Origin: Deltaproteobacteria bacterium
GTDB lineage: Bacteria > Myxococcota > Kuafuiibacteriia > Kuafuiibacteriales > Kuafuiibacteriaceae
Length of the DNA: 64,000 nucleotides
Reading direction: 5' to 3'
Assembly: GCA_040218735.1 (NCBI GenBank)
Contig: JAVJQW010000067.1
Coordinates: forward strand, 32,001-96,000
Part shown: one piece after another, positions 54,890 through 64,000 of the stretch
Position numbering within the stretch: position 1 is the stretch's first letter
How the letters are laid out: every line of letters starts with the position of its first letter
The notes under the pieces: model-generated
The model's input: only the letters and a program-made list of their open reading frames with translations
Databases searched by the model: none
Told to the model about the DNA's origin: nothing
Program-made: the position numbers and the translations under genes

Positions 54890-54910
54890 CGCGTGCCCAT
54901 CTAAGCTGCC

Positions 54911-55168
54911 ATGACGGAAAGCAAGTTCTCTCAGGGTTTCGAACGCATGAAGGCGGACCTGCTCCGCGCCCGCGATGAGCTGAAGGTGCAGATGCACCTC
55001 GCCTCGATGGACGCCAAGGACGCCTGGACGAAGCTGGAGCCGAGGGTCCGCGCCTTCGAAGAGCAGGCGCAGCAGGTCGCGGTCGACACCGCGGACGAGC
55101 TGGAGAAGGTCGCTGGCGACCTCGCCGAAGAGCTCGAGAAGATCCAAGAGAAGATCCGCAAGCCCTGA
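54911..55168 (+). CDS. Small coiled-coil hypothetical protein
   Basis: RDELKVQMHLASMDAKDAW; helical, 85 aa. Confidence 0.7.
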   Translation: MTESKFSQGFERMKADLLRARDELKVQMHLASMDAKDAWTKLEPRVRAFEEQAQQVAVDTADELEKVAGDLAEELEKIQEKIRKP

Positions 55169-55177
55169 CGGGCGCGG

Positions 55178-57190
55178 TCAGCCGCCGATTCGGAACGGCA
55201 AGAGCGCTTGCGCCGGCTCCGCGGCGGCGCGGGAACGCACGCGCGCCCACTTCGCGGCGCGCTTCGACGCGGGGTCGTCGCGTTTTTCGAGGAGCCTCGC
55301 GCGCAGCTGCTCGGCCTCCTTCACGCGGCCGGCGGAGGTCATCGCGACCCACGTCGCCACCGCGAGCGCGCCCGCGTCGTCCTTCTCGTGTTCGAGGAGG
55401 TTCGCGAGCGCGACCATCCCGTCGACGTCGCGCAGACGGCTCTGCTCGATCGGGATCTCGGCGAGCGAGAACAGCCCCTCGCTCGTCACGACGATCGGCC
55501 CGGGCGCCTCGGGGTGCCCGCGCTCCACGCCGATGATCCGCCCGGCGACGTGGGCGCGGTCGAGGAGCTTTCCGTCGCGGTCGTAGAAGATGACGTCGCC
55601 GCTCTCGAACGCGAGGGCCACACCGTCCGCCGTCGTGTCACACGCGACCGGCTTCGCGGGGCCGCGGATGGTCGCCGTCTTCTCACCCGCGACGATGTCG
55701 ATGACCTCCACCGAGCCATCCTCGTACCCGACGCAGCCGTACCGCCGCGCCGCGCCGAGGAGCCGCGGCGACGGCCCGAGCGGGATCGGTGCCTTGACCG
55801 GCTTTCCGTTGTACGTCCGCAGGAGCACGAGGCCCTCCGGCGTCACGATGACGACGATGTCGCGCGTCATCAGCACGTCCGTCGGCTCCTCGAGCGGCGT
55901 CCGCCACGCGGGCGTGCGTTTGCCGGGGCGCAGGAGCGCGACTTCGAGCGTGTCACCGCTGCCCTTCGGCCGTGCGAGAACCACGACGCCGCCCGCGCTC
56001 GACGCGAGCGGTACAACCTCCAACGCGAGCTGCCCCACCTTGCCGAAGCTGACCTCGAGCCACACCACGGCGTCGTCGCCCTTCACGCCGACGAGCCCGC
56101 TCGTGAGCTCGATGCGCTCCGGCCCCGCGTCCTTCGGGAGCTGGAGCGGGAGCTTCACGGACCACCGGGGCCTCAGGTCTTCGTCGAGGCGCGCCATGCG
56201 GCCGCGGTCGAGTGTGATGAGCTGATCACTCGCCGCCGCTACGAGGCCCCGCACCGGCGGCCCACGGTCCACGATCGTCCCGGTCCGCGGATCGAAGGTC
56301 CACCGTTCCCCGACACCGCGGCGGGCCTGCACGACCCACCCCTTCTTCCGACCGACGACGACCGGCCGCTCGCCGAGCGGGAGCTGGAGCGCCCAGCGCT
56401 TCGCGCGCGCACGTGTGTAGCGGAGGAAGGACATCCAGCCCTCCTTGGCCTCGTCGTAGCGACCGCGCTGCCCGTCGACCTCCGCGCGCTCCGCTGCGGA
56501 CGCCGCGAGCGACGAACGGTCGGAGCTCGACTGCCCCGTCGCGAGCAGCGCCCCCTCGGCGCGCGCGCGTCCGAAGATCGCCTCGGGGATGAACACCTCG
56601 CGCCGGTAGGTCCGCGCGCGATCGAACATGACGGCGGCCTGGCGGTAGCGACCGCGCTGGTAGCGCAGCTCCGCGAGCCCCAGGAAGCGGTGTACGGCGA
56701 AGACGTGACCGACCTGCTCGAGGAGCGCGTCGACGCCGGCCGGTCGGTCGAGCCCGGCCTGCTCCGCGGCGAAGAGCGCGGCGCGGATGGTGTGCGCCTC
56801 CAGCTCGCGCGCGACGCCGGCGATCCGCACGCGCTTCGTACCGGCCTTCGTCTGCACCTCGAGATCGATCGTGAGCTGGTCGTCGTCCGAATCGACGGGT
56901 GTAACCCGGCCGCGCACCACGGCGTCGAGCTTCGCCGCCGCGAGATCCTTCGTGTCGACGACGAAGGGCCGACTCCGCACCGTTGCCCCGAGCCGCTCCA
57001 GGTGCAGCGCGACGACGTCGGAGACCCGCAGCGCGGCCCAGGTGGCGTCGCTGCCCGCCTCGGCCCCGGGCGACGCGAACTCGACCACCGCCACCGTCGG
57101 CGGCGGGCCTTTCTGCTGCTCGAGCTGGGCCGGCGTCGGCCACCACGCGAGCCGCAGGACCTCGGCGAGGAGCGCCGCGAACAGGAACAC
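55178..57190 (-). CDS. TPR plus PQQ-like beta-propeller protein
   Basis: Helical middle region; blades ending W...L and D.RTG / TYNGK; GAGGT RBS before GTG at 57190 (start uncertain). Confidence 0.55.
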   Translation of the reverse strand: MFLFAALLAEVLRLAWWPTPAQLEQQKGPPPTVAVVEFASPGAEAGSDATWAALRVSDVVALHLERLGATVRSRPFVVDTKDLAAAKLDAVVRGRVTPVDSDDDQLTIDLEVQTKAGTKRVRIAGVARELEAHTIRAALFAAEQAGLDRPAGVDALLEQVGHVFAVHRFLGLAELRYQRGRYRQAAVMFDRARTYRREVFIPEAIFGRARAEGALLATGQSSSDRSSLAASAAERAEVDGQRGRYDEAKEGWMSFLRYTRARAKRWALQLPLGERPVVVGRKKGWVVQARRGVGERWTFDPRTGTIVDRGPPVRGLVAAASDQLITLDRGRMARLDEDLRPRWSVKLPLQLPKDAGPERIELTSGLVGVKGDDAVVWLEVSFGKVGQLALEVVPLASSAGGVVVLARPKGSGDTLEVALLRPGKRTPAWRTPLEEPTDVLMTRDIVVIVTPEGLVLLRTYNGKPVKAPIPLGPSPRLLGAARRYGCVGYEDGSVEVIDIVAGEKTATIRGPAKPVACDTTADGVALAFESGDVIFYDRDGKLLDRAHVAGRIIGVERGHPEAPGPIVVTSEGLFSLAEIPIEQSRLRDVDGMVALANLLEHEKDDAGALAVATWVAMTSAGRVKEAEQLRARLLEKRDDPASKRAAKWARVRSRAAAEPAQALLPFRIGG

Positions 57191-57299
57191 CCCACCTCGG
57201 TCGCCAAGATCCGAACCTACGTCAAGAGGCCCGGGGGGTTCCGCCCGGACGAGGGCCAAGGGACGGCGGGGCCCAGGAGGGGTGTTATGTTCCGCGAGC

Positions 57300-57836
57300 A
57301 TGTCCTCGAAGACGTTCCTCGTGGCAGGCGGCAGCCTGATCGTGGGCGCCGGGCTCGGCGCCTTCGTGATGCAGACGATCTACGGCGGCCCCGCCGAGCG
57401 CGTGGATCCCTCCCCCGAGCGCAAGCTCGTGTGCCCCGAGCCGAAGGCGTGCATCTGCCCGCCGCCGGTCGACTGCGGCGACAACGGGATCGTGCCCGAC
57501 GGCGCCGAGCCGGTCGGCGACATCGCGGCGATCGAGGTCCCGGACACCACACGACCTGGCCTCCCCGCCTCGGCGCTCAAGCTCGCCACGACGGCGGTGC
57601 GCGACGCGATCGCGCCCTGCCTCGTCGACACCGAGGGGCTCGGCGGCCACGTCCTCCTCCGCCTCACGGTCACGTCCACGGGCGGCCAGGGTTTCATCCG
57701 CGAGGCCGAGGTCGAGAAGACCAGCGGCGAGGTGGCGGACGTGCCGGAGTGTGTCGCGGCCTACGCCCGACGCGCGAAGTTCGACTTCGAACCCGAGGGC
57801 GAGACCGAGCTGAAGCTCCCGCTCCGAGTCCCCTGA
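57300..57836 (+). CDS. Membrane-anchored protein with AgmX/PglI (TonB C-terminal-like) domain
   Basis: N-terminal TM; CPEPKACICPPPVDC; IAPC....GHVLLRLTV...ECV.....F.F...LKLPL. Confidence 0.55.
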   Translation: MSSKTFLVAGGSLIVGAGLGAFVMQTIYGGPAERVDPSPERKLVCPEPKACICPPPVDCGDNGIVPDGAEPVGDIAAIEVPDTTRPGLPASALKLATTAVRDAIAPCLVDTEGLGGHVLLRLTVTSTGGQGFIREAEVEKTSGEVADVPECVAAYARRAKFDFEPEGETELKLPLRVP

Positions 57837-57864
57837 CCGGTTCCCCGAACCGGGTCCTTCGACC
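57837..57864. terminator. Paired hairpins between convergent genes
   Basis: CCGGTTC-ccc-GAACCGG and GGTC-cttc-GACC; no U-tract. Confidence 0.35.
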
Positions 57865-57867
57865 GGA

Positions 57868-58614
57868 CTACTGGCCCTCGCCGCGCAGCATCGTCAGCGG
57901 CGTCTTGAAGATGATCTCCAGGTCCGTCTTCAGCGCTTCCAGCGGGCTCTCCAAGATCGCCGAGTACGACAGATCGAACAGGAGTTTGTTCGCGAACATC
58001 TTCGTGTCGCCGACGCCCTCCGGGAGCTGGATCGACCCCAGGAAGTCCTGCAGCGCCTTCGACTCCTCCTTGCCGCCGAACGAGCCGTCGTAGTTCAGCC
58101 GGATCTGCGCGAGCCCGGTGATGCCGGGTTTGATGAGGCGCATCCGCTCCTGGAAGAACGGCACGCTCGACTCGATCTTCTCGAGCAGCTCCGGCCGTTC
58201 CGGGCGCGGTCCCACCAGGCTCATCTCGCCGCGAAGCACGTGCAGCAGCTGCGGCAGCTCGTCGAGGCGCGACTTGCGCAAGAAGCCCCCGATCGGCGTC
58301 AGGCGCGGATCGTTCTTCTGCGCGAGGACCGCCCCGGTCATCTTCTCCGCGTCCGTCCGCATCGTCCGGAACTTGTACATCTGGAAGGTGTGGTACCCGG
58401 TGCGGCGGCGCCGCTCCGTGTGCGGGGGCCGGCTCGGCGCGATGTCCGAGCGCCGCTCCGCCGCGACGCGGGTCTGGCTATAGAAGACCGGCCCCTTGCT
58501 CGTGAGCTTCACGGCCGCCGCGACCACCGGGAAGAGCGGAGCCGTCATCGCGAGGCCGATCGAAGCGCCCGCCACGTCGATGGCGCGCTTCGCGATCCGC
58601 GTCTTCCAGTCCAT
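57868..58614 (-). CDS. Polyprenyl-phosphate phosphoglycosyl transferase (Bac_transf sugar transferase)
   Basis: [61 protein letters not shown]. Confidence 0.93.
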   Translation of the reverse strand: MDWKTRIAKRAIDVAGASIGLAMTAPLFPVVAAAVKLTSKGPVFYSQTRVAAERRSDIAPSRPPHTERRRRTGYHTFQMYKFRTMRTDAEKMTGAVLAQKNDPRLTPIGGFLRKSRLDELPQLLHVLRGEMSLVGPRPERPELLEKIESSVPFFQERMRLIKPGITGLAQIRLNYDGSFGGKEESKALQDFLGSIQLPEGVGDTKMFANKLLFDLSYSAILESPLEALKTDLEIIFKTPLTMLRGEGQ

Positions 58615-58711
58615 GGGGAGGCCCCTGGATCGGTAGCCCCTGCTCGGACCGCGGTCAACCGACGCTCCGCCTTGCGGCCGGCTCCCGATTGGAGGTATTC
58701 GCAAACACAGG

Positions 58712-59158
58712 GTGTCGAACGACGTCGAGCAGTTCCGCTTCGTGGTGCCCGGTCGGCTGGAGTACCGCGACGCCGCGCGCGCGTTCCTCGCGTACGTGTG
58801 CGACCGGCTCGCCGGGCGCGGCCGCCTCCCGGCGGACCTCGGTCACCGGGTCATCTCGGCGTTCGTCGAGGCGTTCAACAACGCCGTCATCCACGCCTAC
58901 GCGGGCGAGGCGACGGGCTCCGTCGAGGTCGAGATGGAGGTGCACCCCTCGCACCTGTCCGTCCGCATCCTCGACGCAGGCCGCACGTTCGTCCCCGAGC
59001 AGGTCCCGGAGCCGGACCTCGACGCGCTCCCCGAGGGCGGCCTCGGGCTCTTCATCATTCGCAACTTCATGGACCGCGTCGACTACGGCCGGCAGGGGGA
59101 CAAAAACGTCCTCACCATGGAAAAAGATCTCCAAACTTCGACCGAACGAGAAAGCTGA
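58712..59158 (+). CDS. RsbW-like anti-sigma factor / Ser kinase (HATPase_c_2)
   Basis: EAFNNAVIHAY, DAG..F, EGGLGLFIIRNFMD. Confidence 0.88.
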   Translation: MSNDVEQFRFVVPGRLEYRDAARAFLAYVCDRLAGRGRLPADLGHRVISAFVEAFNNAVIHAYAGEATGSVEVEMEVHPSHLSVRILDAGRTFVPEQVPEPDLDALPEGGLGLFIIRNFMDRVDYGRQGDKNVLTMEKDLQTSTERES

Positions 59159-59165
59159 ACAAGGG

Positions 59166-59507
59166 ATGCTGGACTACGACAAAACCGAACGCGGCGACGT
59201 CACCGTCTTTTCGCTCAAGGGGAACCTCGACGCGCTGACTTCGCCCTCCCTGAAGAAGGAGATCGAGGCGCTCCTCGCCGCGCGGAAGATCAACGTGGTG
59301 TTCGACCTCGCCGGGTTGGAGCTGATCGACAGCTCCGGCGTCGGCGCGATCGTCTCCCTCTTCAAACGCGTGCGCACGCTCCAGGGCGACGTGAAGATCG
59401 CGCGCCTCGCGGGGCAGCCGTCGGAGATCTTCAAGCTCCTTCGACTCGTGCGGGTGTTCGACATCTTCGACACCGTCGACGAAGCCGTCGCGAGGTTCGG
59501 CGCTTAG
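59166..59507 (+). CDS. STAS-domain anti-anti-sigma factor (RsbV/SpoIIAA-like)
   Basis: LKGNLDA, FDL..LELIDSSGVG with the phosphoacceptor Ser. Confidence 0.92.
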   Translation: MLDYDKTERGDVTVFSLKGNLDALTSPSLKKEIEALLAARKINVVFDLAGLELIDSSGVGAIVSLFKRVRTLQGDVKIARLAGQPSEIFKLLRLVRVFDIFDTVDEAVARFGA

Positions 59508-59514
59508 AGGTCCG

Positions 59515-61302
59515 ATGGGTCCCTTCACCGGACGCCTCCGCGAGCTGGAGGGCCCCAACCAAGGGGCGGTCTACGAGCTCAAGGACGTCTGCGTGCTCGG
59601 GCGGGCCCTGGACTGCCAAGTCCACATCCGGGACCTCACGGTCTCGCGTCGACACGCTCGCATCACGCGCGTCGATGGTCGCTTCCTGGTCGAGGACCTC
59701 GGGTCCGGCAACGGCACCCTCGTCAACGACCAGGCGGTCACGCGGCACTTCCTCGAAAACCGCGACATCATCCAGGTCTGCAGCGCGAAGTTCGAGTTCC
59801 TCGAGTCGAAGAAGCCGCAGATCATGACCGACGCCGTGACGATGGTCGGCACGGTCCAGAAGAGCGCGCACATCGTCGGCACCGTCGACGCCGCGCAGCC
59901 GATCATCCACCAGGACGCCAACGCGCTCACGAACGTCACGAGCCCGCAGGAGCTGGTGCGCATGGCGTCGCGCCTCAAGACCATCTACGCCGTCTCGGAC
60001 GCCATCACGAGCATCCTGGATCTCGACGAGCTCCTCCCCGAGATCCTCAACCGCCTCTTCGAGATCTTCCCGCGAGCGGAGCGCGCCGTCGTCATGCTGG
60101 CGGACGAGGAGACGGACTCGCTGATCCCCAAGGCGATCAAACGCCGCCGTGAAAACGATCGCGGCGAGCTCACGCTTTCCCGTACCATCCTCCACGAGGT
60201 CATGGAGAAGCGCCGCGCGGTCCTCTCGCACGACGCGATGGAGGACCAGCGCTTCAAGAGCGGGCGCAGCGTCGCGAACTTCGGCATCCGCGCCATGGCC
60301 GCGGCGCCGCTGTTGTGGCGCGGCGAGACGCTCGGCGTGGTGTACCTGGACAGCGCGGGCATCGCGGCGTTCTCGCAGGCCGACCTCGAGCTGCTGACCG
60401 GCATCGCGCATCAGGCCGCGGGCGCGCTCGGCAACGCGCGGCTGCACGAAGAGCTACTGAAGCGTCAGCGCCTCGAACAGGACCTGCACCTCGCCGAGCG
60501 CATCCAGCAGAGCTTCCTCCCCAAGCGCATCCCGGAGGTCGGCGGGTACACGTTCTCGGCACGTTACGATCCCGCGTACGAGGTCGGCGGTGACTTCTAC
60601 GACTTCGTGAAGCTGCCGAACGAGCAGCTCGGGATCGTCGTCGGCGACGTCTCGGGGAAAGGCGTCTCCGCCGCGCTGTACATGGCGCGCCTGACGCGCG
60701 ACCTGAGGTATTTCGCGCTCGCGGAGAGTGATCCCGCGAAGGTGCTGCAGTGGATGAACCGCGCTGTCCACGACAGCGGCCAGGACCACATCTTCGTGAC
60801 GCTCGTGTACATGGTGCTCGCGCCGAAACAAAAGCGCGTCACGATGGTGAACGCGGGGCACATGCCTCCGCTGTTCCGCCGCCGCGCCGAGGGCCGCATC
60901 ACCAGCCTGGAGCGTACGTCCGGTCTCCCGTTGGGGGTGTTGCCCGACACCGAGTACGAAGCCGAAGAGTTCGCGCTCGAGCCCGGCGACAGCATGATGA
61001 TGTACACCGATGGCCTGGTAGAGGCGATGAATCCTCACCAGGAGATGTTCGGCATGGAGCGTCTCACCGAGACCCTGTCGCGGGGACCGTCCGGGGCCAA
61101 TACCCTCCTCGTGCGGGCGGTGCAGGCCTGCCAAGCGCACGTCGTCGATGCACCGCAGTTCGATGACACGACAATCGTGTGCTTCGGACTCGACGTAGAT
61201 GCAGCGACTCAGGACATCGTGATCCCGAACGAGACGACCGGTACGATGGACCGGGCCCGGCAAGCCGCGATGCGCCGCATCCGCGGTCTTGACATCGACT
61301 GA
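59515..61302 (+). CDS. FHA-GAF-SpoIIE (PP2C) phosphatase, RsbU-like
   Basis: LGR...VSRRHA...SGNGT; GAF with AAPL...GVVYLD; VGGDFYD, GDVSGKG, NAGH, YTDGL.EA, DDTT. Confidence 0.93.
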   Translation: MGPFTGRLRELEGPNQGAVYELKDVCVLGRALDCQVHIRDLTVSRRHARITRVDGRFLVEDLGSGNGTLVNDQAVTRHFLENRDIIQVCSAKFEFLESKKPQIMTDAVTMVGTVQKSAHIVGTVDAAQPIIHQDANALTNVTSPQELVRMASRLKTIYAVSDAITSILDLDELLPEILNRLFEIFPRAERAVVMLADEETDSLIPKAIKRRRENDRGELTLSRTILHEVMEKRRAVLSHDAMEDQRFKSGRSVANFGIRAMAAAPLLWRGETLGVVYLDSAGIAAFSQADLELLTGIAHQAAGALGNARLHEELLKRQRLEQDLHLAERIQQSFLPKRIPEVGGYTFSARYDPAYEVGGDFYDFVKLPNEQLGIVVGDVSGKGVSAALYMARLTRDLRYFALAESDPAKVLQWMNRAVHDSGQDHIFVTLVYMVLAPKQKRVTMVNAGHMPPLFRRRAEGRITSLERTSGLPLGVLPDTEYEAEEFALEPGDSMMMYTDGLVEAMNPHQEMFGMERLTETLSRGPSGANTLLVRAVQACQAHVVDAPQFDDTTIVCFGLDVDAATQDIVIPNETTGTMDRARQAAMRRIRGLDID

Positions 61303-61381
61303 CGTCACCCCGCGTTTACGCGCAAGTCACCTTGCAGCGACTTGATCGCACCACCCGACGTCCGCTACTGCGGGCGATAAG

Positions 61382-63280
61382 ATGAACTTCACGCGAGCGC
61401 TCAGCGCCCTCTCTCTTTCGACTCTCCTCATCACTGGGTGCGGCGGCACCAACGGTGAAAACGGTGCTCAGGGCCCGGCGGGTCCGGCCGGCCAAGCGGG
61501 CCCCGCGGGACCGCAAGGCCCCTCGGGCATGGACGGTATGGATGGCATGGACGCGGAGGTCCCGCGCGCGGGTGTCTTCCGCCTCACGATCCTCCACAAC
61601 AACGACGGTGAGTCCGACCTCATCAACGCCGGCGGTGACCTCTCGGAGTACGGCGGCGTCGCTCGCTTCAAGGCCGTCGTCGATCGCGCTCGCGCCGAGG
61701 CGGACGAAGACAGTGACGGCTCGATCCTCGTGTCCTCCGGCGACAACTTCCTCGCCGGCCCCGAGTTCCGCGCCAGCCAAAACGACCGAACCTTCTACGA
61801 CGCGACCGCGCTCGAAGCGCTCGGCTACGACGCCATCTGCCTCGGCAACCACGACTTCGACTTCGGCCCCGACCTCCTGGCGGAGTTCATCGCGCAGTTC
61901 TCCGAGGTGCAGTACCTCTCGAGCAACCTCGACTTCTCCGCCGAGCCCGCGCTCGCCGCGCACGTGACGAACGGCCGAATCGCCGCGAGCGTCACCGCGA
62001 CCGTCGGCGGAGAGCTGATCGGCATCATCGGCGCCACCACCGAGGCGCTGCGCAGCATCTCCAGCCCGCGCAACGTCGTCATCGGCAGCGTCGTCGATGC
62101 GGTGCAGGCGGAGGTCGACACGCTCGAAGCGGCCGGCATCAACAAGATCATCCTCATCAGCCACCTGCAGTCGCTGACCGAGGACGTCGCGCTCGCGCCG
62201 CAGCTCTCGGGCGTCGATGTCATGGTCGCCGGCGGCGGCGACGAGCTCCTCGCGCAGCCCTACAACCCGCTCATCCCCGGCTCGACCGAGGTCGGCCCCT
62301 ACCCGACCATCGCGCGCGGCGCGGACGGGCGCTCGACGTACGTCGTCACCACCGAGGGCGGCTATCGCTACCTCGGCCGCCTGATCGTCGACTTCGACGA
62401 GGACGGGCACATCGTCGAGGTCGACCGCAGCAGCGGACCGATCCGGGTCTCGGGCAACGCCGACGACGACGACGCCGTCACGCCGGACGCGGGGCTCGTG
62501 ACGAGCGTCGTGGAACCGGTCGAGATGTTCCTCGATTCCCTCGATTCGAACGTCGTCGCGACGAGTGAGGTCGGCCTCGACGGCCGCCGCCCCGAGATTC
62601 GCATCGAAGAGACCAACCTCGGCAACCTCGTCGGCGACGCGTTCCTCTGGGAGGCCCAGCGCGTCGCGGCGGACTTCGGCGTCGACGCACCGCAGGTCGC
62701 GCTCGCGAACGGCGGCGGCATCCGCAACGCCAACGTCATCCCGGCCGGCAACATCACCGAGCTCGACACCTTCGACATCCTGCCCTTCGGCAACTTCCTC
62801 TCCGTCGTCGAGGACGTCCCGGTCTCGCAGTTCGTCGAGATCCTCGAGAACTGCGTGTCCGGCATCGAGAGCGTGAGCGGCCGCTTCGCGCAGATCGGCG
62901 GGTTCGAGTTCTCCTACGATCTCGCCGGCACGCCGCAGGTCGTCGACGACGACGGCAACGTGCTCACCGTGGGCTCTCGCATCGTCGACGTCACGCTCGT
63001 CGACGGCGCAGGCACGCGCACGAGCCTGGTCACGAACGGCGTCATCGTCGACACCAACGCGACGGTCGACATCGCGACCTCCGCGTTCCTGGTGCGCGGC
63101 GGCGACCAGTATCCGTTCCGCGGCGCGCAGCGCGTGGAGCTCAACACCCTCGGCGTGACCGACCAGCAGACGCTGCTCGACTACATCACGGCGGAGACGA
63201 TGGACGGCGGCCTAGGCGGCACGATCTCGATGACGGACTACCCCGAGGGTGGCACCGGCCGCATCGTCGAGCTCCCCTGA
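61382..63280 (+). CDS. 5'-nucleotidase/UDP-sugar hydrolase family lipoprotein with collagen-like stalk
   Basis: Lipobox LITGC; 12 G-X-Y triplets; ILHNND, SGDNF, LGNHDFD, ETNLGNLVGDA, NGGGIR, LPFGN, GGDQY. Confidence 0.9.
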   Translation: MNFTRALSALSLSTLLITGCGGTNGENGAQGPAGPAGQAGPAGPQGPSGMDGMDGMDAEVPRAGVFRLTILHNNDGESDLINAGGDLSEYGGVARFKAVVDRARAEADEDSDGSILVSSGDNFLAGPEFRASQNDRTFYDATALEALGYDAICLGNHDFDFGPDLLAEFIAQFSEVQYLSSNLDFSAEPALAAHVTNGRIAASVTATVGGELIGIIGATTEALRSISSPRNVVIGSVVDAVQAEVDTLEAAGINKIILISHLQSLTEDVALAPQLSGVDVMVAGGGDELLAQPYNPLIPGSTEVGPYPTIARGADGRSTYVVTTEGGYRYLGRLIVDFDEDGHIVEVDRSSGPIRVSGNADDDDAVTPDAGLVTSVVEPVEMFLDSLDSNVVATSEVGLDGRRPEIRIEETNLGNLVGDAFLWEAQRVAADFGVDAPQVALANGGGIRNANVIPAGNITELDTFDILPFGNFLSVVEDVPVSQFVEILENCVSGIESVSGRFAQIGGFEFSYDLAGTPQVVDDDGNVLTVGSRIVDVTLVDGAGTRTSLVTNGVIVDTNATVDIATSAFLVRGGDQYPFRGAQRVELNTLGVTDQQTLLDYITAETMDGGLGGTISMTDYPEGGTGRIVELP

Positions 63281-63350
63281 TGTTGCGCCTCGTCCACACC
63301 GGCGAGCCGCGGATATCACTCGTCGCCGATGTCTCCGATCTTACGTCGCG

Positions 63351-64000
63351 ATGCGACGCGCGATCGGGATCGGCGGCCTCCTCCTCGCCCTGGGTTGTGT
63401 CCCAGACGGTGTGGTGGATGGCTCGCCGGCGTTGGACCTCGCCGTCGAGGACGGGGACACGACGTTACCGCCCGCGACGACCCACGGGCCCGACGCGGTC
63501 GCCATTCCGCCGGAGCTGATCCCCGTCCCCCTCGCCTTCGACGGCGTCGATGCACGCGCGCCGCTCGCGGTCTTCCTGAACCGCAGCGGCGGCACCTTCC
63601 AAAGCGGCGGCAACGACTCCAGCACCAACGCCTCGTTCATCGTCCAGGGCGGCGCCCGCACCGTGCCGGCGTACAGCGGCTCTTCCGCGCAGTGGACGCA
63701 GATCGTCGACTGCGTGCGCGGACGCTTCGCCGGGTTCAACGTCGCGGTGACCACGACCGAGCCCGCGGAGGGTGCGTACGTCGAGGTCGTCGTCGGCGGG
63801 GAGCCGAGTGACATCGGCTACGACGAAAACGCCTCGGGCGTCGCGCCCGTCGACAGCGAGACGTGTGTGGTGCTGCGCTCCTCCGTCGCGTTTGTCTTCG
63901 CGGACAAGATCGGCAGCCACCGCACGGAGCGCATCTGCGAGAGCATCGCGCACGAAGTCGGCCACACGGCCTCCCTCGACCACGCCTTCCTGTGCGAGGA
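63351..64000 (+). CDS. Zinc metalloprotease (metzincin-like) lipoprotein, truncated by the window edge and absent from the ORF track
   Basis: MRRAIGIGGLLLALGC lipobox; VFLNRSGG; frame open to the edge, ending AHEVGHTASLDHAFLCE. Confidence 0.75.
   Translation, partial: MRRAIGIGGLLLALGCVPDGVVDGSPALDLAVEDGDTTLPPATTHGPDAVAIPPELIPVPLAFDGVDARAPLAVFLNRSGGTFQSGGNDSSTNASFIVQGGARTVPAYSGSSAQWTQIVDCVRGRFAGFNVAVTTTEPAEGAYVEVVVGGEPSDIGYDENASGVAPVDSETCVVLRSSVAFVFADKIGSHRTERICESIAHEVGHTASLDHAFLCE

Overview
High-GC chromosomal window with Myxococcota-type content: MYXO-CTERM protein, FHA-sigma54 activator, two Hanks-type Ser/Thr kinases with PEGA domains, DUF4388 and PilZ proteins. About 50 CDS are supported. 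I found no rRNA, tRNA, CRISPR array or transposase. Main blocks: (1) end of a fatty-acid oxidation pair; (2) two large surface proteins; (3) a translationally coupled bacillithiol operon bshC-bshB1-bshA extended by a probably exported LmbE/PIG-L amidase, a 52-aa membrane protein and a sodium:solute symporter; (4) a cNMP-binding protein, an FHA-sigma54 activator and a divergent kinase; (5) a long leftward run: lipoprotein, GH113, amidohydrolase, purSQL, histone H1-like repeat protein, catalytically eroded DapA, SdpI-like protein, Skp; (6) a 1.6-kb non-coding divergence with a 92-bp hairpin repeat array, DnaA-like boxes and a motif phased every 41 bp; (7) a zinc-ribbon/DUF4388/lipoprotein/adenosine deaminase operon followed by a tandem duplication; (8) ffh, an O-antigen-ligase-like TPR protein and an S55 peptidase/beta-propeller pair; (9) a phosphoglycosyl transferase divergent from an RsbW-RsbV-FHA/GAF/PP2C partner switch with no sigma factor; (10) a collagen-stalk 5'-nucleotidase and a truncated metzincin lipoprotein. 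Best candidates for undescribed biology are the extended bacillithiol operon, the two non-coding arrays and the Syp-like partner switch. All family calls come from motifs recognised by eye, and several starts were moved to overlapping GTG/ATG codons. No database search was run.
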